A stretch of 64,000 nucleotides of DNA from Candidatus Enterousia sp. GTDB taxonomy: Bacteria; Pseudomonadota; Alphaproteobacteria; Rs-D84. This document shows, one piece after another, positions 44,911 to 53,580 of the stretch (its first letter is position 1; each line of letters begins with the position of its first letter). Under the pieces are notes generated by a model. That model had not been told where the DNA came from. It searched no databases and saw only the letters and a program-made list of their open reading frames with translations. A program made the position numbers and the translations under genes. The stretch spans positions 103,342-167,341 of the forward strand of contig JAZONN010000023.1 in the NCBI GenBank assembly GCA_045654485.1. Direction: 5' to 3'.

Positions 44911-46398
44911 GTGTTTCGTATAAAATTATTTGTTGCTTTAGTAATGTTGTCGTATGTTAATGCGTCTTGGGCGGCGACAGATGTGTGGCCATTCCCAAAA
45001 TTTTGTAATAATGTTAATGGGTTAGATACTGTTGCACGATGTTTATGTTCGAATGATAAAGGTTTTATAGCCGATGATACAGATGGTGCTTTTACGATTG
45101 ATTTAAGACGTAATATTGGTGCTTCGCAATGGAAAAATGAAACGCCGTATAAATATATCTTAAAAATGTATGTTCATGGTGACAGGGGGGTAGAGATGCC
45201 GCACTGTACAGCGAATATGGTTGGGGGTAAAATTGTTACTGCACGACATTGCTTGATAAAAAAAGGGTCGGGTGCCAAGGGATTATATTATTTTAAGACA
45301 GCGGATGGCATGGAATTGTCTGCACGTGTTGTTGCATCGGGAAATTGGAACGAGGGGGCGATACGTTCAGATGGTGATTGGGCGGTTTTAGATGTAGTTG
45401 ATGGTGCGGGCAAACAAGTTGTGATGAATTCGGGAACTGAATTAGTCAAGGTTTTACAATCTGGTAAGTATGCTGATGCGATTTTGCCGGGGTTTGGTGG
45501 ATTAAAGGTTATGAGTGACGAAGAAATTCAACGTTTGCAAAAGGCGTTTGCATATTATCTACAAACAATGGGCGGGGGGACTAATGGTGGAAACGGCATT
45601 GTGACAGGTAGTATGGCGGGGTCCAAGTTTATGGAGGATTTGTATGTGAATCAGTTTTGTCGTAACTGGTTTAACGATCCGCAAAAACGTCATTATTATG
45701 ATGAACGGTGTCTGGATGCAAATGGCAAATATAAGTTTTCTGGTTTGAACTATGCTGCGTGTGGTATTGATCATGATGATATATTTCGTGATACAGAGCA
45801 GATGAAACTTAGTACTGGTCGGTTTAGTGTGTCGGGTGGACAGTATACAATGGATACTCAGGCGTGGGGTGGAAATTCTGGTGGTGGGGTATATATAAAG
45901 CCGGACTGGTCGTTGGTTGGATTGGCGCATAAGACGTCAAAAGATATGGTTGTTGGTGGTGCACGTCATGCAAATGCAGATTCTGCAATGGCTGTGACAT
46001 CTGTGGGTAATTTTCAAGATTTGCTGTCAATTAATGGTGGTGATGTGAACGATGATGATGGGCAACAAAATAATAGTGTAGGTAACAATGATAATGGTAA
46101 AGGTGGAATTTTATCTGATAATGATGGGGATGATGGATCAGATGTGCCGCAAAATAAAGGGGTGAACAATAGTGATAATGGTGTTGAAGGTTCCAGAACA
46201 TCACGTGTTGCCGGCAGTGCATGTATGAATGAAGATTTGCCAGAATATGCAACGGCGGGTGTTTATCGTATGGAAATTAATGGCGATTTTGATTGTGGTG
46301 GCAGAAGATGCAATTGTGATGCGACCGCATGTGTCAAGGGATACAGGGTGCATGTTGGGCGCTGTAAGGCAAATGTGGGTTCAATCACTATTTATTAG
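44911..46398 (+). CDS. secreted trypsin-like (S1) serine protease, paralogue 1, with Asp/Asn/Gly linker and Cys-rich C-terminal module
   Basis: ORF from 44851; GTG 44911 gives MFRIKLFVALVMLSYVNASWA. His GKIVTARHCL, Asp GDWAVLDV, Ser WGGNSGGG. C-terminal CMNEDLPEYATAGVYR...C.C....CVKGYR. Confidence 0.8.
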   Translation: MFRIKLFVALVMLSYVNASWAATDVWPFPKFCNNVNGLDTVARCLCSNDKGFIADDTDGAFTIDLRRNIGASQWKNETPYKYILKMYVHGDRGVEMPHCTANMVGGKIVTARHCLIKKGSGAKGLYYFKTADGMELSARVVASGNWNEGAIRSDGDWAVLDVVDGAGKQVVMNSGTELVKVLQSGKYADAILPGFGGLKVMSDEEIQRLQKAFAYYLQTMGGGTNGGNGIVTGSMAGSKFMEDLYVNQFCRNWFNDPQKRHYYDERCLDANGKYKFSGLNYAACGIDHDDIFRDTEQMKLSTGRFSVSGGQYTMDTQAWGGNSGGGVYIKPDWSLVGLAHKTSKDMVVGGARHANADSAMAVTSVGNFQDLLSINGGDVNDDDGQQNNSVGNNDNGKGGILSDNDGDDGSDVPQNKGVNNSDNGVEGSRTSRVAGSACMNEDLPEYATAGVYRMEINGDFDCGGRRCNCDATACVKGYRVHVGRCKANVGSITIY

Positions 46399-46471
46399 TT
46401 AGTATGTGGGGGCAACTTGTATTGTTTGTTAAACTGTGATATAATTCGTAAAAGTAAAAATGGTGGTTTAA

Positions 46472-46882
46472 ATGGTAAAAAAACAAGTTAAGAATAATAA
46501 AAATATGTTTAGTAAGGGGCGTACTGCGTTATTGACGCTGTTGGCATCTTTGGGGGTTGTGTCTGCGGTTGGTATGACGCGCACAGTGGTTAATAATGAT
46601 GGGCCAGATAATCCAAAAGATAAAAAAGAAGTTGTAGCAGATGTTGCACGGGATGGGAATTTGACTGCGAATTTGCCGACGGATCCGGTGGAATTAGAGC
46701 GCTTTATAAAAATGGCGGATGAAACTTTGGCAGAATTGAATAAAAAAATAGAAAATGATGAGTTAAATCCGGAAGAAGAATTTTATGCCCGTATAACAAT
46801 TAAAAATATTAATGCAGAACGTGCAGAATGCATCAGACGCTTGGGCGCCATGCAACAAGCGAATGGGAAAAATGGACGCTGA
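46472..46882 (+). CDS. small N-terminally anchored helical protein
   Basis: 136 aa with TM ALLTLLASLGVVSAVG. Its stop is 3 nt before the GTG of protease paralogue 2. Confidence 0.5.
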   Translation: MVKKQVKNNKNMFSKGRTALLTLLASLGVVSAVGMTRTVVNNDGPDNPKDKKEVVADVARDGNLTANLPTDPVELERFIKMADETLAELNKKIENDELNPEEEFYARITIKNINAERAECIRRLGAMQQANGKNGR

Positions 46883-46885
46883 TTC

Positions 46886-48253
46886 GTGTTTAAGTATTTT
46901 TTGACTTTTGTTGTTTCGGTATTTGGGATGCCTATGTGGGCATTGGCGGACGCAAATTGGGTGGCGGATGAAATTTGTGCCAAAATGAATCCTAGTGATG
47001 AAATGTATTGTTTGTGTAACACCGATTATGATATAGAAATGCCCACGGTTTCTGGGGGGTATAGTATTGATGAACGTAAGTATGTGTCAGATACGGATTG
47101 GCAAACAAAAAGGCCGTATAAGTATGTGTTACAGGTTGGTGAATATAAAGATGGTAACTGGGATGCTTACTGCACTGCAAATATGGTGCGTGGAAAAATA
47201 GTGACGGCCAGTCATTGTTTGGACGAAGAAATGCGTTTTCGTGATGGAAATGGTAATGAATTTTCGGCGCATGTTTATGCCGAGGGCGATGGTGTTGGTG
47301 CGGGGGATTGGGTAATTTTGGAACCTGATGATAATGAGGATATATCGCAGTATTCAATCTCTAAAATCAAAAAATCGGATAAAATGGGGCGTTTAAATGT
47401 ATCTTTGTCGGGGTTTGGGGGACTAAAGGTTATGAATGACGTAGAAATACAACGATTTCAGCAAGTGTATGCGGTGTGGTTAAAAGCGGTTTATCCATTG
47501 GTTGATTACAAAGATGAAGGGACGGTGAGTGTTTATAAGGGACAAGGTTTATCTTTTTTATTTGATATGGATATGTCGTTATATTGCCGAGAAGCTGCCA
47601 GCAACAGTATGTATAAAAGTATTTTTGAAGAGTATTGTTTAAGCGAAGGTAAATTGAAGTATTCGGGTTTTAATTATCGGGCATGTGGCTTGGATTTTGA
47701 TGATTTGTTTAATGATTCAGATAAATTAAAAACCAGTACTTGCAGTACTGATGATGTTCGTAAATTGAATAGTGGTGAGGCGTATATTACAGATTGTCAA
47801 AGTTGGGGTGGTGGGTCCGGTGGGGGCTATTATTTATCGGATGATTCGATTTTGGCAATTCATACATCTGGGATTGGTGCGATTGGTGATGGTGGTCATG
47901 CATCTCGGAAATCCAAGTGGGGTGTTTTTGTGGATACGATAGAGGATAAATTGCCGGTGATAGGTTCGGGTACATCTGATGTGAAAGATAAAGATACAGA
48001 ACCAAAAACAGATACAGAACCAAAGGGTGATAATGGTGATACAGGGGGGGCGTATCCGAAGTTGTTGTCTAAGTGTAATCAAGATTTGCCAGACAATGCG
48101 GTTAGTGGGGTTTGGCGTGCAGATATGGATTCAAAGAAAATTTGTTTGGGTGCAAATAATAAAAAAGTATCTTGTACATGTGGTGTTTGGGTGTGCAAAG
48201 ATGGTTATAGGCGTGTTGGATATGAGCTTGAAGCCAAATGCGTAAAGGATTAA
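46886..48253 (+). CDS. secreted trypsin-like serine protease, paralogue 2, with Cys-rich C-terminal module
   Basis: 455 aa with GTG start. GKIVTASHCL, GDWVILE, WGGGSGGG. C-terminal KCNQDLPDNAVSGVWR...C.C....CKDGYR. Confidence 0.8.
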   Translation: MFKYFLTFVVSVFGMPMWALADANWVADEICAKMNPSDEMYCLCNTDYDIEMPTVSGGYSIDERKYVSDTDWQTKRPYKYVLQVGEYKDGNWDAYCTANMVRGKIVTASHCLDEEMRFRDGNGNEFSAHVYAEGDGVGAGDWVILEPDDNEDISQYSISKIKKSDKMGRLNVSLSGFGGLKVMNDVEIQRFQQVYAVWLKAVYPLVDYKDEGTVSVYKGQGLSFLFDMDMSLYCREAASNSMYKSIFEEYCLSEGKLKYSGFNYRACGLDFDDLFNDSDKLKTSTCSTDDVRKLNSGEAYITDCQSWGGGSGGGYYLSDDSILAIHTSGIGAIGDGGHASRKSKWGVFVDTIEDKLPVIGSGTSDVKDKDTEPKTDTEPKGDNGDTGGAYPKLLSKCNQDLPDNAVSGVWRADMDSKKICLGANNKKVSCTCGVWVCKDGYRRVGYELEAKCVKD

Positions 48254-48376
48254 TGCTAATTGAAGATATTTATTGAAACAACAATGTGCAATGAGTTCGC
48301 TGGTTGTCGATTGGTTACAGTTGCACGTGGTAATTCTATGGGCTGGTGTAGAAAGTCAAAATAAGTTGATGTGCTA

Positions 48377-49618
48377 ATGAATAGATGTGTCACCTTTTTA
48401 ATAGGATTGTTATATTGTTTGTCGGTATATGCCGCAGATGGTGAATTGGTGTGGGATTTGCCAGATATTTGTCAGGAAGATGAATATAAAAATGAATGCT
48501 TTTGTACGTATAGTGCACCGATAAAGCGTTCCGGTGCATATACCATTGATTTACGTAAATATGTATCTGATGCTGAATGGGCGGGCGGGCTACCATATAA
48601 ATATCTGCTGCGAATGATGATACCCAATGAAGATACTGAAAAATTAGAAACACAATGTACCGGTAATATGATAAATGGTAAAATTATAACCGCACGTCAT
48701 TGTTTGGCAGATGAAATGAAGTGTGAGCAAGATAGAAAAAACTATTATTTTCGTATGTATGATGGCACAGAGATACGGGCCAAGGTTGCCGATTGTGGTG
48801 CCCAAAATGAACAAGGTACTGGTGATTGGGTGGTATTGGATGTTGTTGATACGGCAAAGCAAAAGATTGTTCGTGAACATAGTTTGGCATCGGTGGAAGA
48901 TATTAAGGGGGCATATCAGATTAAAAAATTTGCCAATGAAAATGGTAATAAAAAATTGGTGTCGTCTGGATTTGATTCTTTAAAGGTGATGAATGATGCA
49001 GAAATAGAAATATTTCAAAAGGCATTTAGAGCACATCTAGAATCATACATGCCACGTAAAAGTAAAGATGTCAGGTTTTTTAATGAAGGGACTTTGCCAG
49101 GTATGGCGTTTTTGCGTGATTTAGAAATGTCGTCAAAGTGTCTATCGTGGGTACGTGAATATAATCAAACCAAGGATAACAAAATCAAGAAAATGTTTGA
49201 TGACGAGTGCGTGATAAATGGTGAGGTTTATTTTTCTGAATATGGCGAACGTCAATATTCCGGTTTGAATTATGAGGCATGTGGCCTATATTATGATGAA
49301 ATTTTTAATGATAACGAAAAAATGAAAACTAGTACATGTTTGGTCGCCGGTATTAAGCCAATGAAATCTGATGGTAATGCGATTTTGGATGGGGATTATG
49401 ATTCTATGTCAGACGGAGAAATGATATTGACCGAATGCCAAAGTTGGGGTGGACGTTCCGGTGGTGGTTTGTATTTTGAACGTGGGGTGGATGATTTTTC
49501 TTTGGTTGGTACGGTTTCTATGGGGATGGCAATTATTGGTGGTGAACATCATGCATCAAAAACAGCTGATTCTTATGTGCCGGCTGGTAATTTTATTGAT
49601 AAATTGTCGCAGCAGTAA
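48377..49618 (+). CDS. secreted trypsin-like serine protease, paralogue 3 (no Cys-rich tail)
   Basis: ORF from GTG 48371; ATG 48377. GKIITARHCL, GDWVVLDV, WGGRSGGG. Confidence 0.8.
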   Translation: MNRCVTFLIGLLYCLSVYAADGELVWDLPDICQEDEYKNECFCTYSAPIKRSGAYTIDLRKYVSDAEWAGGLPYKYLLRMMIPNEDTEKLETQCTGNMINGKIITARHCLADEMKCEQDRKNYYFRMYDGTEIRAKVADCGAQNEQGTGDWVVLDVVDTAKQKIVREHSLASVEDIKGAYQIKKFANENGNKKLVSSGFDSLKVMNDAEIEIFQKAFRAHLESYMPRKSKDVRFFNEGTLPGMAFLRDLEMSSKCLSWVREYNQTKDNKIKKMFDDECVINGEVYFSEYGERQYSGLNYEACGLYYDEIFNDNEKMKTSTCLVAGIKPMKSDGNAILDGDYDSMSDGEMILTECQSWGGRSGGGLYFERGVDDFSLVGTVSMGMAIIGGEHHASKTADSYVPAGNFIDKLSQQ

Positions 49619-49635
49619 TTTGAATAACTGTATTA

Positions 49636-50544
49636 TTATCGTGTTTTTATAAAGTTTAGCACTTCGTTCCAAACCTGATGTTTGTTTAATTCATTTAATA
49701 CTTCGTGGCGCATATTGGGATATATTGTATATTTAACATTTTTATATCCTACGTCACGCATGGATTGAATTGCGCCTTGGAATTTTTTTTGCGAAATCAT
49801 ACATGGGTCATCGCCACCGGATATAAAAAGAATTGGCATAGTTGGATTTGATACCCGCCAACCATTAATATTGTATGTTTCACCCATCATTTTCATTAAA
49901 TTATTTGCGCCGTTCATTGTAAGGTTAAAGTTGCATTGTGGATTTTGCGCAAATCTTGTGCGTTCGTTTTTGTCCGAACATACCCAAGCACGTGGGCCTT
50001 CGGATTTAAAGTTTTTGTTATAATTTTTATCGGTTATTGATTGTAGTATGTTGCCGCGTGATTTATCAAAGCCGGTCATACATGCGATGCCGGTTAAAAA
50101 ACGACCAAAACCAGATAATGGGTTTTTGCTGGGGCTGCCGCATAATATTAAACCAGATAATGCAGAATCATCATATTTTGTGTAAACACGAACGGCCAAC
50201 GATCCCATGCTGTGTCCCAACATAAAAAGGGGCAGGGTGGAAAATGTATTTTTGCCCCAATTCGTCACGGTACGTATATCGTCAACCAAAGCACGATATC
50301 CGCCAGAATAAAAATACCCAAGGTCAGATTTATCATGAATGCTTTTGCCATGTCCACGCAGATCGGATGATATGCATACAATGCCATTGTTGGATAAAAA
50401 TTCCATCATAGGTGCAAAACGTTCTTTGCATCCGCACAATCCGTGTACCAATTGTAATACGGCAATGGGTTCATGCATTGGCCGACTTACTGTGACAGAT
50501 ATGTTTAATCCGTCGTATTGTGATGTTAAATTTATATTTTGCAT
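49636..50544 (-). CDS. alpha/beta hydrolase (lysophospholipase/monoacylglycerol-lipase-like)
   Basis: ORF 49636..50619, started at ATG 50544 (MQNINLT...). HGLCG oxyanion region and GHSMGS nucleophile elbow. Confidence 0.8.
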   Translation of the reverse strand: MQNINLTSQYDGLNISVTVSRPMHEPIAVLQLVHGLCGCKERFAPMMEFLSNNGIVCISSDLRGHGKSIHDKSDLGYFYSGGYRALVDDIRTVTNWGKNTFSTLPLFMLGHSMGSLAVRVYTKYDDSALSGLILCGSPSKNPLSGFGRFLTGIACMTGFDKSRGNILQSITDKNYNKNFKSEGPRAWVCSDKNERTRFAQNPQCNFNLTMNGANNLMKMMGETYNINGWRVSNPTMPILFISGGDDPCMISQKKFQGAIQSMRDVGYKNVKYTIYPNMRHEVLNELNKHQVWNEVLNFIKTR

Positions 50545-50721
50545 AAATCGCCCAAATAATTCAGTGGTGTTGTTATGTCTTTTGTGTGAATTATATACAT
50601 AAAAAGTATCGGAATACAAAAAACGCCATGCGTGCTGTTGGTACTCTGGCGTATCCTTTCGCCCCTCTTTTTACTGGTTTTAATAAAAAATACCGTACAA
50701 GACGGTATTTCTCATTTATTC

Positions 50722-50798
50722 TGGTCGGGGCGAAAGGATTCGAACCTTCGACATCTTGGTCCCAAACCAAGCACTCTACCAGACTGAGCTACACCCCG
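50722..50798 (-). tRNA. tRNA-Pro, anticodon TGG (CCA encoded)
   Basis: Reverse complement is CGGGGTG-TA-GCTC AGTCTGGTA GAGT-G-CTTGG[TTTGGGA]CCAAG-ATGTC-GAAGG TTCGAAT CCTTT-CGCCCCG-A-CCA. Confidence 0.92.
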
Positions 50799-50949
50799 AA
50801 ACGACGTGTATTATAACAGTATTTTTTATAAATGCAAATTTTTTTTTGTAAAAAAAGTTAAGTATAAGATATTTCTTTTGTATTGAATAATTTTGGATTT
50901 ATAAGAATAATATCCTGTGTTTTAGAGTGCAAAAGATGGATGTGTTATA

Positions 50950-52386
50950 ATGTTGTTTAATTCGTTGGTTTTTATCTTGCTGTTTTTGCCAATTACCTTG
51001 GGTGGGTATTGGTTATTAAATCGGTGGTGATTATTTGATTGCGCAAAGTTGTTTTTGGTTTTTGCATCCTTGTTTTTCTATGCGTACTGGGAAATATCAT
51101 TTTTGCCTTTAATAGTTATATCTATTGTGGTGAATTATTTTATTGGAACATGGTTGGCACATCATTTAGATAGGTTGTATTTATTGCGTCGTGTGTTTTT
51201 GTTTGTTGGTGTGACGTTGAATTTGCTGGCTTTGGGGTGGTTTAAGTATATTGATTTTTTAATTTATAATTATAATGTTTTGTTTGCGGGAAATCTGGCG
51301 GCAATGGATATCGCATTGCCTTTGGCTATATCTTTCTTTACTTTTCAGCAAATTGCATATTTGGTGGACAGTTTTTATGGAAAAACGCGTCAGTATAATT
51401 TCTTTACTTATGTTTTGTTCGTGTCTTTCTTTCCACAGTTGATAGCAGGGCCAATTGTGTCGCATGATGAATTAATTCCACAATTTGAAGATAAATCCAA
51501 GCGAACGCCAAATTGGAGAAATATATATTGGGGGACAATTATATTTTTGATGGGGTTGGCAAAAAAGACGGTTGTGGCGGATACGTTTGCCGTATATGCA
51601 ACCAGTGGTTTTGATGTAGTGCAATCATTGGATTTTGTGTCTGCATGGTTTTCGTCTTTGTCATATACAGTTCAAATTTACTTTGATTTCAGTGGCTATT
51701 GCGATATGGCGTTGGGTGTGGCGTTGATGTTTAATATTTTGTTGCCTATTAATTTTGACAGTCCATATAAGGCATTGGATATTCAAGATTTTTGGCGTCG
51801 ATGGCATATAACTTTGTCCAGATTTTTACGTAACTATATTTATATTCCATTGGGTGGTAATCGACGTGGTCAACGACGTGCCTGTGTGAATATCTTTGTG
51901 GTGTTCTTGTTGGGTGGTTTGTGGCATGGGGCGGCATGGACATTTGTTGTGTGGGGTGCGTTGCATGGTATCGCAAATGTGGTTGTGCGTGTTTGGCATT
52001 GGATGGGTGGCCGATTTGGACGTTTTTGGGCATGGTTTATCACATTTAATTTTATTAATGTTACTTGGGTGTTTTTTCGTGCAACCAGTTTTCAAAGTGC
52101 AAACAAAGTGTTGTCGGGTATGGTGGACTTTCGTTCAATTGAAAATGTTAATGTGGAACAATCTTTGGAATTATTGGGGGCGGACTGGGCTGCTTTGCTG
52201 GGGTTGATTGCTGTGTTGGTTTTTTGTGTGGTGGCACCAAATTCGTTGGAAATATCACGTAAATTTTTAGATTATACCAAGCGGTTTGCAAAGTATATAC
52301 CCGTGATGTTGGCATTGGTGACGTTTTTATTGCTGATGAAAATGATAGTTTTGCCATATTCAGAATTTATTTACTTTAATTTTTAA
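50950..52386 (+). pseudogene. MBOAT-family O-acyltransferase (AlgI/DltB/PatA-like) with one in-frame TGA at 51028-51030; otherwise an N-terminally truncated CDS 51049..52386
   Basis: ATG 50950 gives MLFNSLVFILLFLPITLGGYWLLNRW-stop-LFDCAKLFLVFASLFFYAYW..., which is the canonical MBOAT N-terminus in the same frame as the 445-aa ORF. Confidence 0.65.
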
Positions 52387-52403
52387 TGGGGTTTTGATAG
52401 ATT

Positions 52404-53501
52404 ATGATGTATAAAAAAATTGTTTTAAGTTATATCAAGATATTAGTTTCCATATTGTTGGTGTTCTTTGGCGTGGTATATGTATCTGACCCGTATCGGT
52501 TGTTTCATAACCATTGGATGCATTCGGGCAAGATTTATAATAATTTTCGTATTCAGAATTATTCCATCGCCAAATACTATGATTTTGATGGTGTTATAAT
52601 GGGGACGTCTATGATGGAGAATATGTCTGGTAAATTGGCCGGTGAACGTTTGGGCGGGAATTGGGCGAATTTATCCATGTCGGCGGCAACGTATTTGGAA
52701 AAAGCGACGGTGTTAAAGCATGTAATGCATTACAGAGATATTCGCCATGTTATTATATCATTGGATATGAAATTTGAATCTGCAAATGCGGTTAATAATA
52801 CTTTTGATATGGATTTATATGTTGGGCGTGATACGAATTTGGTAAAACTGCGTCAATATACAAATCGTAAAGCGCTGCGTTGTATATTCTTGGGGCGTAG
52901 GTGTAATTTTTTGGATGGGGATTTAGATCGTCCAAATGCGTGGATGCATAACAAATCGCATATGCGTCGCTTTGGTGGGTTTGAAAATTGGCTGAAATAT
53001 GTTCATGATGACAGTCAAGTGCGTGGCGCGTTCGATGTTCTGTTGGGGCGCGTGGATAATGTGGAACTGGCGGCGTCTATGCGTGATTTTGATTTGGGTG
53101 CGGATGAAATTATTAAAAAGCTATTGGTGCCGTTGGTTGCGGATAATCCAAATGTTCAATTTGAGTTTGTAATACCGCCATATAGTGCGCTGTATTGGGC
53201 CAGTGGATTGGATGGGTTTGATAGAAAAATGGATATATGGGCAGGTATAGTTCGTGCGTTGGACGGTTTTGAAAATGCGCGTGTCTATTGGATGTATGAT
53301 AATGCGCTGGTTTTTGATGTGGCTAATTATAAAGATTTAACACATTATCATCCGTCGGTAAACGATATGATGCTAGATATGATTGCGGGGCGTCGTGGTG
53401 TGGTTGATTCAGAAAATATAGATGCAAAAATTTCTGAATTCCGTCGTAAATTAGAACACTTTGATTTAGAGTTTTATATCAAGCAAATTCCAGAATATTA
53501 A
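52404..53501 (+). CDS. membrane-anchored protein, possible acyl-transfer partner of the MBOAT (DltD/DUF1574-like)
   Basis: 365 aa with an N-terminal TM, 17 nt after the MBOAT gene. ...GVIMGTSMMEN... could be the SGNH-type Ser block. Weak call. Confidence 0.4.
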   Translation: MMYKKIVLSYIKILVSILLVFFGVVYVSDPYRLFHNHWMHSGKIYNNFRIQNYSIAKYYDFDGVIMGTSMMENMSGKLAGERLGGNWANLSMSAATYLEKATVLKHVMHYRDIRHVIISLDMKFESANAVNNTFDMDLYVGRDTNLVKLRQYTNRKALRCIFLGRRCNFLDGDLDRPNAWMHNKSHMRRFGGFENWLKYVHDDSQVRGAFDVLLGRVDNVELAASMRDFDLGADEIIKKLLVPLVADNPNVQFEFVIPPYSALYWASGLDGFDRKMDIWAGIVRALDGFENARVYWMYDNALVFDVANYKDLTHYHPSVNDMMLDMIAGRRGVVDSENIDAKISEFRRKLEHFDLEFYIKQIPEY

Positions 53502-53553
53502 TTGTTTTTTTTGTGTGTTGGGGTTGAATGTTCGGAATTAATAGTGTAATATC

Positions 53554-53577
53554 ATCCTCGTGATGAACAGCGAGGAT
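53554..53577 (+). promoter_or_regulatory. hairpin sequestering the argS Shine-Dalgarno sequence
   Basis: ATCCTCG (53554-60) pairs with CGAGGAT (53571-77). GAGGA lies 4 nt before ATG 53581. Confidence 0.35.
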
Positions 53578-53580
53578 ACA

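Noticed and set aside
51028-51030. TGA reassigned to an amino acid (code 4 or 25) as the explanation for the in-frame stop
   Set aside because: TGA terminates well-defined genes here (pth 3471-73, 46880-82, 43015-17). Long conserved genes (eno, rho, uvrA, argS) contain no in-frame TGA.
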